The position numbers were made by a program, and so were the translations under genes. From assembly GCA_963704755.1 (NCBI GenBank), contig OY969938.1, forward strand, positions 30,001-62,000: a stretch of 32,000 bases of DNA. Reading direction: 5' to 3'. Position 1 is the first letter of the stretch, and each line of letters begins with the position of its first letter. Origin of the DNA: an uncultured Chloroflexia bacterium (GTDB taxonomy: Bacteria; Chloroflexota; Anaerolineae; Anaerolineales; Anaerolineaceae). Under the pieces are notes generated by a model. That model worked only from the letters and a program-made list of their open reading frames with translations. It did not search any database and had not been told where the DNA came from. Below are positions 8,794 through 17,370 of this stretch, in pieces.

Positions 8794-10432
8794 TTATGCG
8801 TGGACCGGCTGCGCAATTTTGCACACACCGGTTGGGCAAACATGCAGGCGGATATGGGCTTCAACCTCTGCCCGGAAGTAATTCAAGATGTCTCGCAACG
8901 GCGTACCGGCCGACTGGCCCAGGCCGCAATTGGAGAGCTGATACAGGTTATCCGAGAGCTCGGCCAACTGGTCCAAATCGTGCAATGTAGCGCTGCCTGA
9001 GGCAATATTGGTTAATATCTCGTATGCGCGCTGAGTACCGATCCGGCAGGGGTTGCATTTCCCGCAAGATTCGGTGCGGAAGAAGTTCAGCAATACCCGG
9101 GCGAGATCGACCACACAATTATTCTCGTCGCAGATCAACATGGCGCCCGAACCGAGCGAGACGCCGGCTTTGCTGAAGGAGTCGAAGTCCATCGGGGTAT
9201 CCTGGAGTGAGGCGGGAATTATCGAACCGCTCGAACCGCCGGTCTGGGCCATCTTGAAAGAAACCCCGTCTTTCATCCCTTTGGCGTAAATCGCGATGAC
9301 TTCGCGTAAGGTGATGCCCATGGGGACCTCGATCAGGCCGGTTACGTTGACGTTGCCCAATACGGTGTAAACTTTGGTCCCCGGGCTGCTGGGCGTACCA
9401 AAACTACGGAACCAGTTGGCGCCGTTGTTGATAATGGCGGGAATATTGGCCAGGGTCTCGACGTTATTGATCAGGGTGGGTTTGTTCCACAGGCCGTTAG
9501 TGGTGGGGAAAGGTGGACGAGAGCGGGGTTGGCCGCGCTTGCCTTCGATCGACTCGATCAGGGCAGTTTCCTCGCCGCAGATGTAAGCGCCGGCGCCACT
9601 GTGGACGTGCAGTTCGAAGTTGAACCCGCTGTTGAAAATATTTTCGCCCAGGAAACCCATTTCCTTGGCTTGCAGGATGGCCCGGTTCAACCTTTCCTGG
9701 GCTAAAACATATTCGCCGCGGATGTAAATATAACCTTCATCAGCACCGACCGTATAGCCGGCCAGGGTAATCGCTTCGATAATGGCGTGCGGATCGCCTT
9801 CCAGGATCAGGCGGTCTTTGAACGTGCCGGGCTCGGATTTCATCGGCGTTACACAGGACGTATTTCTTGTCCGATTTTTCACGGGCGACGAAACTCCACT
9901 TCAAGCCGGTCGGGAAGCCGGCTCCACCGCGGCCACGCAGCCCGGAGGATTTGATCTCTTCCTGCACCTGTGCCGGTGTCATTTCGGTCAAGGCTTTGCC
10001 GAGGGCCTGGTAACCTTCGTGCAAAATGTAATCTTCGATTTCGTTCGGGTCGATGATGCCGGCCCGGCGCAGGACGATCCGCTGCTCGGCCGGGAGGGTG
10101 CCTTTACGCGCGGACAGCCAGGCGATGTTACCGGATAACTCGCGGATAGACGCCTTCAGGTCTTCGGCGACACGACCTTTGTAGAGGTGTTCTTCGACCA
10201 GGTAAGGGACTTTATCTGGCGTGACCGGCCCGTAGATGACGGCTTCCGGGTACACAATGACGATGGGCAGTGCATCATGGCGGCCAACATCGCCGATCAT
10301 GGACAGTGAAATTTCATCTTCCAGGCCGAAAGCTTTGATCTCTTCCTGGAGTTTATCGAAGACCTCTTGGGCACCCCGCTGCATCGAGATCGGGTCACTG
10401 GATACCAATACCATGGATCGTACGGTTTTCAT
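8794..10432 (-). pseudogene. hoxF: NAD(P)H-binding flavoprotein HoxF/NuoF-like, frame broken by an apparent extra A in an AAA run (plus-strand TTT 9838-9840)
   Basis: ORF 9740..10432 reads ...[18 protein letters not shown]...KYVLCNADE, then goes out of frame. ORF 8794..9882 picks up at [17 protein letters not shown]...ESCGKCNPCRIG...SNCGLGQS. Deleting one base gives the canonical [14 protein letters not shown] junction and a protein of about 545 aa. Confidence 0.85.
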
Positions 10433-10444
10433 TAGTCTCCCTCC

Positions 10445-10924
10445 CTACTCATAATTTCCCAGGATTTCTGAGACTTTCTTGGGATCGACATTGCCATAAA
10501 TATCATCGTCGATGATGATTACCGGGCCAACGCCGCACACACCCAGGCAACTGGTGGTGATCAAAGTCCATTTTCCATCCTGGCTGGTTTCACCGGATTG
10601 CAAATCGAGCTGTTCGCTGAGGCTTTCCCACACCTCGCGGCCGCCAACGACATGACATGGGGCACTTTCACAAAACTGAATCACGTGCCGGCCACGGGGT
10701 TTGGTGGACAGCATGTGGTAAAAACTGGCAACGGAGAACAGGCTGCTCTTGGGTTCACGCAGCCGTCGGCTGATTTCAGACAAGGCTTGTTCAGGAAGGT
10801 AGCCAAGCGAGCGGTTGACATCGTTCAAGATGGGGATCAACTCATCGCGGGTGGCACCATGACGATCAACCGCCGCACCGACAACTTCGTTGATCTTTTC
10901 TTCTTTGGTTGCTGTTACTGCCAT
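10445..10924 (-). CDS. hoxE: NuoE/HoxE-like 2Fe-2S thioredoxin-fold subunit (copy 2)
   Basis: The 159-aa ORF has the NuoE cluster pattern: FCESAPCHVVG ... TTSCLGVCGVGPVIIID. Confidence 0.85.
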   Translation of the reverse strand: MAVTATKEEKINEVVGAAVDRHGATRDELIPILNDVNRSLGYLPEQALSEISRRLREPKSSLFSVASFYHMLSTKPRGRHVIQFCESAPCHVVGGREVWESLSEQLDLQSGETSQDGKWTLITTSCLGVCGVGPVIIIDDDIYGNVDPKKVSEILGNYE

Positions 10925-10986
10925 ACTGGTTCTCCTTTTGGTTTCATTTTGGCCAGTCCGGTTTGGCTGGAGAAATCACTGCCGGG

Positions 10987-12768
10987 TTAGCAAATGTCGA
11001 TCGCGTTGAAATTGCAGACCTGCATACAAATGCCACAGCGGATGCATACGTCGGGGTCGATCGTATGAGTTTGGCGGCGTTCACCGGAGATAGCACCCAC
11101 GGGGCAATTACGCGCACAGACAGTACAGCCGGTGCACGGCTCGGGCTGAATTTCATAGCGGATCAACGCTTTACAGACTTTGGCGGGACAACGCTTTTCG
11201 TAAATATGGGCTTCGTATTCTTCGCGGAAATATTTGAGGATGCTGACGACCGGATTGGGTGCACCCTGGCCGAGCCCACAGAGACTGTTTTGGCTGATTT
11301 CGGCACACAGGTCTTCCAACAGCTCAATGTCTCCATCCTGGCCTTTACCGTCGCATATACGGGTCAGAATTTCCAGAAGTCGGCGGGTGCCCACCCGGCA
11401 GGGTGTGCATTTCCCACAACTCTCATCCTGGGTAAATTCCATGAAGAAACGGGCGATATCGACCATGCACGTATCTTCATCCATAACAATCATACCGCCA
11501 GAACCCATCATCGTGCCGGCTTTTTTGAGCGATTCGTAATCAATGGGCAGGTCCAGATATTCTTCGGGAACACAGCCGCCCATCGGGCCGCCAATCTGGA
11601 CCGCTTTGAATTTCTTATCGTTCTTGATGCCGCCTCCGACGTCGTAGATCACATCCCGCAGGCTGATTCCCAGGGGAACCTCGATCAACCCGGGGCGGTT
11701 CAAATCGCCGGCCAGGGCAAAAGTCTTGGTGCCTTTACTGGTTTCGGTACCCCATTGCGAGTACCATTCTGCACCGTTGAGGATAATCTGGCGAATATTG
11801 GCGTAGGTTTCGACGTTATTGACGTTGGTGGGTTTGCCCCACAGGCCCGAAACGGCCGGGAAAGGCGGCCTGGGACGCGGCTCACCGCGCCGGCCTTCGA
11901 TCGAGCTGATAAGGGCCGTTTCTTCGCCGCAAACAAATGCGCCGGCGCCCATACGTACTTCCAAATCGAAATCGAAACCGGTACCGAAGATATTCTTACC
12001 GAGTAAGCCCAGCGCGCGGGCCTGTTGGATGGCAATATTCAGGGTGGATACCGCGATAGGATATTCGGCGCGGCAGTAGATATAGCCCTGGTGGGCGCCA
12101 ATGGCAAAGGCGGCGATAGTCATCCCTTCCAATACCGAATGGGGATCGCCTTCGAGCACCCGCCGGTTCATGAACGCGCCCGGGTCGCCTTCATCGGCGT
12201 TGCAGATAACGTATTTGATCGGGCTGTTACTTTGTTTGGCTAATTGCCACTTTTTGCCGGTAGGAAAACCTGCGCCGCCACGCCCGCGCAGGCCAGATTT
12301 CAAGACCGTATCGACCACTTCATCCGGCGTCATGCCGGTCAAGACTTTGGCCAGGGCCTGGTAACCATCATCGGCGATGTAATCTTCGATATTGGTTGGG
12401 TCGATTTTGCCGCAGTTTTTCAGCACAACGCGAACCTCTTTGGCGGTCGGCGCGCGCAATTCTTCATCTTGCGATATTGTCTTTCTTTGTTCGAACTTTT
12501 TTACCGGGCGGCCTTTGAGGAAATGTTCTTCTACCAGGTAAGGCATATCATCCGGGGTCATGCCAACGTAATGAATTCCCTCGGGATAGACCATCATTTC
12601 AGGTCCATCCGCGCAACCGCCAATCCTGGATGTTTCGAGAACCTGAACTTCGTCGATTAAACCTTCCTGGACCAGTTCGTCCTGCAAGGCGTCCATCATT
12701 TCGTGAGCGCCCTTTGCCAGGCATTCTGGATCAACACAAACCAATACGTGAGAGCGGAAATACTTCAT
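10987..12768 (-). CDS. NuoF-like FMN/NAD(H) flavoprotein with a C-terminal 2x[4Fe-4S] ferredoxin domain (HydB/HndC type)
   Basis: [30 protein letters not shown] and ESCGKCTPCRVG...SLCGLGQG. The C-terminus has CTGCTVCARNCP and CIRCGICMQVC. The N-terminal thioredoxin-like domain retains three Cys. Confidence 0.9.
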   Translation of the reverse strand: MKYFRSHVLVCVDPECLAKGAHEMMDALQDELVQEGLIDEVQVLETSRIGGCADGPEMMVYPEGIHYVGMTPDDMPYLVEEHFLKGRPVKKFEQRKTISQDEELRAPTAKEVRVVLKNCGKIDPTNIEDYIADDGYQALAKVLTGMTPDEVVDTVLKSGLRGRGGAGFPTGKKWQLAKQSNSPIKYVICNADEGDPGAFMNRRVLEGDPHSVLEGMTIAAFAIGAHQGYIYCRAEYPIAVSTLNIAIQQARALGLLGKNIFGTGFDFDLEVRMGAGAFVCGEETALISSIEGRRGEPRPRPPFPAVSGLWGKPTNVNNVETYANIRQIILNGAEWYSQWGTETSKGTKTFALAGDLNRPGLIEVPLGISLRDVIYDVGGGIKNDKKFKAVQIGGPMGGCVPEEYLDLPIDYESLKKAGTMMGSGGMIVMDEDTCMVDIARFFMEFTQDESCGKCTPCRVGTRRLLEILTRICDGKGQDGDIELLEDLCAEISQNSLCGLGQGAPNPVVSILKYFREEYEAHIYEKRCPAKVCKALIRYEIQPEPCTGCTVCARNCPVGAISGERRQTHTIDPDVCIRCGICMQVCNFNAIDIC

Positions 12769-12815
12769 ATTTTTTAGCCTATGGCGATAATGTCCGAGGA
12801 AATTCCCAGGGACAA

Positions 12816-13184
12816 TTAGATCTGGATCATGTTCTCGGTTAACGGTTTCCCTTTAACCACGTGCTCGTTGACAATCTGGCGGGCGACTTCCGCGTTGACT
12901 TTACCGTAGGTCACTTTGGGCTGCTCACCAACGACTACCTGGACGATCGGTTCTTTTTCACACAGGCCAATGCAACCGGTCTGGGTTACAACAACTCCTT
13001 CCAGGTTATCTTCCTGGATGGTATCCAAAATCGCTTTCATTGCATCACGAGCGCCGGCTGCGATACCGCAGGTACCCATACCAACAATGATCTGGATCTG
13101 ACCGGATTCGGTCTTTACCTTGCGTTTTTCCAATGCTTCTTCGCGAATTCTCTTGAGATCGTCCAAACTTTTGATTGTAGGCAT
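12816..13184 (-). CDS. Thioredoxin-like 2Fe-2S ferredoxin (HydD/HndB-like)
   Basis: The 122-aa ORF has GMGTCGIAAGA ... TGCIGLCEKEPIV, the pattern of small 2Fe-2S subunits found in multimeric hydrogenase clusters. Confidence 0.8.
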   Translation of the reverse strand: MPTIKSLDDLKRIREEALEKRKVKTESGQIQIIVGMGTCGIAAGARDAMKAILDTIQEDNLEGVVVTQTGCIGLCEKEPIVQVVVGEQPKVTYGKVNAEVARQIVNEHVVKGKPLTENMIQI

Positions 13185-13222
13185 TTTTGACTCTCCTGTC
13201 TGTTTATTCTGGAAGAGGTGGC

Positions 13223-13777
13223 TTATGAAATGGGTTCAGCCTGGAGGGAGTGAATCCCTTCTTTGATCAATTCGTTCAAAAACTTCAAGACGAAGGGCTC
13301 GGTCAAGGAAATTCCATCCAATTCCTCTTTGAGCGGTTCGTCGTCGAAAACAAATTCTTGCTGGTTGAATCGGTAGCGGAAAATCCAATGGACAGCCGGG
13401 TTTGCGACCAACAGGGTGATGAGGGTGTCGCCCAGATTACCCATCGGCATGCGGTCGATATGGCTGCGTTGAAATTCCACTTCGAGCAGGGTGCCTTTGC
13501 CGGGAGCCGATTCGATTTTTAAGCTGCCGTTACATGCTTCAGCGGCTTCTTTGAGTAGCGGTATCCCAAGACCGACTTTGCGCGTCGTTCGGCTGGTGAC
13601 AAAAGGATCCACCACTTTTGCGACGGTTTCTGCATCCATCCCCTTGCCATCATCTTGCACGCTCATATAGAGGCGGTCTGTTTGGGTATCTTCAATGACG
13701 GTAATTTGTACAGTCGCAGCCTGAGCGGCGATGCTGTTTTCGGCGATATCGAGCAGATGGAGCGATAGCTCTCTCAA
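13223..13777 (-). CDS. Stand-alone GHKL/histidine-kinase-like ATPase domain protein
   Basis: N-box LLDIAENSI, G1 DDGKGMD and G2 KVGLGIPLL. No HisKA or dimerisation domain. Its start overlaps the nuoE-like stop by 4 nt. Confidence 0.75.
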   Translation of the reverse strand: MRELSLHLLDIAENSIAAQAATVQITVIEDTQTDRLYMSVQDDGKGMDAETVAKVVDPFVTSRTTRKVGLGIPLLKEAAEACNGSLKIESAPGKGTLLEVEFQRSHIDRMPMGNLGDTLITLLVANPAVHWIFRYRFNQQEFVFDDEPLKEELDGISLTEPFVLKFLNELIKEGIHSLQAEPIS

Positions 13778-14286
13778 GCAGTCCCCTGCACTTTCCGGAG
13801 CACCTGGGGTAGTTTGTTTGGCCGGACGCGACCGACCGATTCTTCATCCACGACGACTACTGGGGCCTGGCTGCAAGCGCCGACACAGCGGCAGATTTCC
13901 ATGGTGATTTCGCCATCCGCTGTGGTCTGTCCGGGTTCGATCCCCAGAATCGTTTTGGCTTTTTCGATCAACTGAGGCGTCCCACCCACATAACAGGCCG
14001 TGCCCATGCAGAACTTGACTACATGTTTTCCGCGCGGGGTGGTGGTGAAAAACGAGTAGAACGATACGACCCCATGCACTGAACTTGCCGGTACATGGAG
14101 CTGTTCTGCTACGTATTGTTGCATAGCGGGAGAGATAAAACCAATCTGGCTTTGCAGTTCGTTGAGGATGACCATGGTGGAACCAGATTTACTTCTATTA
14201 TTTTCCAATATCTGGTCGATAATTTTTTTCTGATCTGGATTGGCCAGCGGATCGTTGGCTGGTATCTTTATTTTTGGAAGGGCCAT
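13774..14286 (-). CDS. NuoE-like 2Fe-2S subunit (copy 1; HydC/HndA-like)
   Basis: The 170-aa ORF has FCMGTACYVGG ... ICRCVGACSQAPVVVVD. Confidence 0.88.
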   Translation of the reverse strand: MALPKIKIPANDPLANPDQKKIIDQILENNRSKSGSTMVILNELQSQIGFISPAMQQYVAEQLHVPASSVHGVVSFYSFFTTTPRGKHVVKFCMGTACYVGGTPQLIEKAKTILGIEPGQTTADGEITMEICRCVGACSQAPVVVVDEESVGRVRPNKLPQVLRKVQGTA

Positions 14287-14397
14287 GAATTTACTCCGCT
14301 AATAAATTGGATGGATTTGGTGCAATTATCCTGTTCCTATCATTGAAAAGTTTAACCATATAGGCGATCCGAAGTAATTGCCAAATGTCATGGTTTA

Positions 14398-14415
14398 TTG
14401 TGAAAGTAATAACAA
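14398..14415. promoter_or_regulatory. Candidate Rex-type operator (TTGTGAA-AGTA-ATAACAA)
   Basis: The left half-site matches the Rex consensus TTGTGAA-N4-TTCACAA perfectly; the right half matches 5/7. It lies in the only sizeable gap (143 bp) of the long minus-strand operon, next to a possible minus-strand promoter (TTGGCA at 14379-14384, 16 nt spacer, TATATG at 14357-14362). Confidence 0.3.
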
Positions 14416-14429
14416 TCGGTTGATGCCGC

Positions 14430-15191
14430 CTAAATTGTCTCGGATTGCGTCTGAGACAGCTCGCGATAAGACCGCCCATCTGCATGCCGGAGGGCCAGGC
14501 GGATTTCAGCGATTGTGGGATTTTCGATCGAAAACAGGTTCGCCCCACGGAGTTCGTTCAAGCGATGGGCGTCGCCATCCTGAATCAGGGGAAAACCTTC
14601 CAATTGGGGGAAGACATGGGCTGCCTGGGATGGTTTGAGGTGGCGTGATATCTCCAGGGCTTCCCAGGGAATGTCCGCCGGGACGAAACCCAGCAATGGA
14701 ATCAGACCATTGGCTTTACGGTCCACGTGGGCGGGAATGAACAAACCACCCAGGTCGTTGACCTGGCGCCAGGCTTCTTCGAGAGATAGGTCGGCCGAGG
14801 TTAGCAGCAGCCGCTCTTCACGGGCGACGAAGTCTCCGTTTTGATCGACAAATAACTGGTCGCCAAAATAGTCGGCCCGATTTTTCTGATCGGGCAGTTT
14901 TTGATCGACGATGGCTTGCCAGGTACGGGCCTGGTCCAGGCTGTCGAAAAGGCACAGCGAGTGGACTTCTTCGCGGGTCTGAATTTCCATGCCGGGTAAA
15001 ACGGTCAGGCCGGTACCCTGGGCGGCCTGCATGACGGCCTGGGCGTTCCCGCTGGCGTTGTGGTCGGTAATGGCGAGAACCTGGATACCAAGATCCAATG
15101 CTTCCATGACGATCAGCGGTGGGAGCATTTCAATTTCAGCGCAGGGAGAAAGTACAGTATGGACGTGGAGTTCTGCTCGGAAGGTTTTCAC
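14430..15191 (-). CDS. PHP (polymerase/histidinol-phosphatase) family metal-dependent phosphoesterase
   Basis: LHVHTVLSPCA ... LAITDHN ... IPAHVDR ... DGDAH, the His/Asp metal-ligand pattern of PHP domains. GTG start preceded by AGGAGGAG. Confidence 0.8.
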   Translation of the reverse strand: MKTFRAELHVHTVLSPCAEIEMLPPLIVMEALDLGIQVLAITDHNASGNAQAVMQAAQGTGLTVLPGMEIQTREEVHSLCLFDSLDQARTWQAIVDQKLPDQKNRADYFGDQLFVDQNGDFVAREERLLLTSADLSLEEAWRQVNDLGGLFIPAHVDRKANGLIPLLGFVPADIPWEALEISRHLKPSQAAHVFPQLEGFPLIQDGDAHRLNELRGANLFSIENPTIAEIRLALRHADGRSYRELSQTQSETI

Positions 15192-15210
15192 CCTGCCTGC
15201 GCTCCTCCTG

Positions 15211-15549
15211 TCATCGTAATCCTAACTCCCATAATTTACCCGCAACGACAAAGGTTGGCTCCGAGGTCGATAGGAGGGTGATACCTTCACTGTTGGCTTT
15301 TTCTATGGTGGGTTGTTCGGGTTGGGCGTTCTCGGTGATAATCACGGCGGCCAGTTCAAGCAGGGCTGCCACGGCAACGATATTATTGTGGGCTTGTAAG
15401 GTGACCCAAAGCCCGTTGTGGCAGGCTCCGGTCATAACGCAGCTCAATAAATCTGCGGCGTACCCTCCGGCTGGAGAAATTGTGGAAAAATCTTTTGGTT
15501 CCGTTAATACTTTGAGGTTCAAAGCTCGGATTACATCGGCCAGATTCAT
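15211..15549 (-). CDS. DRTGG-domain protein (copy 2)
   Basis: The internal ATG at 15549 (MNLADVIRALNLKVL...) follows AGGAGG and sits just after the upstream stop; the ORF-track start at 15675 would overlap that gene. The layout (...AADLLSCVM...VTLQAHNNIVAVAAL...AAVIITE...GITLLSTSEPTF) fits my recollection of the DRTGG fold. Not searched. Confidence 0.6.
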   Translation of the reverse strand: MNLADVIRALNLKVLTEPKDFSTISPAGGYAADLLSCVMTGACHNGLWVTLQAHNNIVAVAALLELAAVIITENAQPEQPTIEKANSEGITLLSTSEPTFVVAGKLWELGLR

Positions 15550-15560
15550 CAAATTTCCTC

Positions 15561-16553
15561 CTAGTTCTTGGTCTGAGATCTTTCGCCTACCGTATCTTCC
15601 TTGTCCAAATTCATTTTCATTTGCAGGCGAGTGCCTTTCCCTAATATCGATTCGAGCTTCATTACATCCACGCAACGGTTGATATTCGCCAGGCCCATCC
15701 CGGCTCCAAACCCTAACTCGCGAACTTTTTCGGGTGCAGTTGAATAGCCCGGGCGCATAGCCAGTTCTACATTTTCGATGCCCGGCCCGGAATCGTAAAC
15801 GTCGATCGAAATCTGGTGCGGTTCAATTTCCACCCGGATGACACCCCCCTCGGTGGTATGGATGATCAGGTTCATCTCCGCTTCATAGACGGCGATACCG
15901 CAGCGGCGAGCAATCTGGGGATTGGCCCCCATGCGGGTTAGCGCGCGTTTGATCTTGGAAGAGGCCTCTCCGCCATGGGCGAAATCGCCGGATTTGACGT
16001 GATAGCGCATAATCAAGCTGGTCCGTTCCGATTCGATATCTTCGAACAGGTGACTGGCGCGATACCGGCGAACTTCCTCGGTCTGGTAATCCTTTTCCAG
16101 GGCTTTCAGGATGCCGTTGGTAATATCGCCCTTGGTGATAATGCCTAACAGATCCCCATTTTTATCCAGCACCGGCAGCCGGCCGACCTGGGTATCGGCG
16201 AAGACCTTCAGCGCTTCGACGACCGGATCGGAGTAGAGAATCGTGAAAAGATTGCAGCTCATATATTTTTGAATGTCCGAATCCAGGTCGTTACTGACCA
16301 GGCAGCGGATCAAGTCTTCGATGCTGATGACGCCGATCAGCTTGCCATCTGCGACGATCGGTGCTCCCGAGATGCGCGCCTGGCGGAAACGTTCCAGTAC
16401 CGCAGACATTTTGGTATCAGCCGACATACTGATGATGTTGCGGCTCATGACCTCGTGAACTTTTATCTCGTAAGCAAGTTCTTCTACCCGAGTAATATTT
16501 TCGGCTTCTTCGTCGGTTATGATCCTGGATTTACTTGGTTTTTGCTGGTCCAT
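15561..16553 (-). CDS. CBS-pair + HATPase_c protein (RsbW/SpoIIAB-like serine kinase/anti-sigma type)
   Basis: Two CBS repeats (VHEVMSRNIISMS...GAPIVADGKLIGVISIEDL; ...GRLPVLDKNGDLLGIITKGDI). A GHKL ATPase core follows (EAEMNLIIHT, DSGPGI, GFGAGMGLANI). Confidence 0.8.
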   Translation of the reverse strand: MDQQKPSKSRIITDEEAENITRVEELAYEIKVHEVMSRNIISMSADTKMSAVLERFRQARISGAPIVADGKLIGVISIEDLIRCLVSNDLDSDIQKYMSCNLFTILYSDPVVEALKVFADTQVGRLPVLDKNGDLLGIITKGDITNGILKALEKDYQTEEVRRYRASHLFEDIESERTSLIMRYHVKSGDFAHGGEASSKIKRALTRMGANPQIARRCGIAVYEAEMNLIIHTTEGGVIRVEIEPHQISIDVYDSGPGIENVELAMRPGYSTAPEKVRELGFGAGMGLANINRCVDVMKLESILGKGTRLQMKMNLDKEDTVGERSQTKN

Positions 16554-16587
16554 TGATTTCCCTGACTGGAAGCATTAAGAAGAACCT

Positions 16588-16866
16588 TTATTCGCAAGAA
16601 CAATCGCCATCAACGACGGGCTTTTCCATACACTGTATGCCGGCCTGGTACAATTTTCCACAAGCCTCAAACATACCAAAAGGGGTACCGATCAAGGGTA
16701 CTCCTTCCTGGTCGGCCAGGTCGATGGTTTCACGAGGCGGCGTTTTTCCGCGCACCAGAACAATCGCGGTGATATCGGCCATTTGGGCCGTGCGGATGAC
16801 CTGCGGGTTGCACAAACCGGTCAATAGAACGGCCTCGGGTTGGAGGGAGGCCAAAACATCACTCAT
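16588..16866 (-). CDS. DRTGG-domain protein (copy 1)
   Basis: The 92-aa ORF reads AVLLTGLCNPQVIRTAQMADITAIVLVRGKTPPRETIDLADQEGVPLIGTPFGMFEA. It is the first gene after the 500-bp AT-rich divergent intergenic region. Confidence 0.6.
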   Translation of the reverse strand: MSDVLASLQPEAVLLTGLCNPQVIRTAQMADITAIVLVRGKTPPRETIDLADQEGVPLIGTPFGMFEACGKLYQAGIQCMEKPVVDGDCSCE

Positions 16867-17370
16867 CAGGTCAGCTCCACCACAACCGTTGACCTCTTGA
16901 TCAAGAGTGGCGTTCGTGTTCAGAAGTTTTCCATTGATTAATCGAATGAGGTCATTAAGATTTCATGTCGTTTGCCTGCAAATCAAGCGGGATCTCCCCG
17001 GAATTTTACTGTTTTATAAAATAAGATAAAAAGTTATCTCATGAGTGGTTTTTAGAATCGCCTCATCGCAAAAAAACCAGACCCATAAGCACTCTTCACT
17101 TTGTCGGATTTAATCGCAATTCGCCATATAAGAACTTAACATAATCCCCCGAATCCGGTAAGTGGATAAAATCATAATCTCAAGGTCAATTGTCATCATT
17201 TGAGGGTTGACCATTCAATTTATTCTGAATAGGGTATTCCCTGCCTGTTTTTCTGGCCGGATCTTGCAAATGGCCGTTCATCGCTCCAGAAATTGCGCAT
17301 AGCAAATTGAGGCGGGGATAGATTAACGTGTTAAAATCAGAATGATTAATCCCACCGAGCAGGAATCGTT

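Noticed and set aside
8693-8839. N-terminal 49-aa extension of the HoxU/NuoG-like ORF (ORF-track start 8839)
   Set aside because: It would overlap the end of hoxF by 46 nt. The extension has no homology-like features. ATG 8692 has a strong AAGGAGAG RBS and opens with the canonical MVTITIDNK...2Fe-2S domain start.
10909-12006. 365-aa plus-strand ORF
   Set aside because: It is antisense to the intact NuoF-like gene 10987..12768 and has no motifs of its own.
16867-17370. T-box leader upstream of hisS
   Set aside because: I found no T-box sequence (AGGGTGGTACCGCG-like), no specifier-loop architecture and no terminator/antiterminator pair. The region is simply AT-rich divergent promoter space. 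A small palindrome AGATAA-AAAG-TTATCT at 17024-17039 is too short to interpret.
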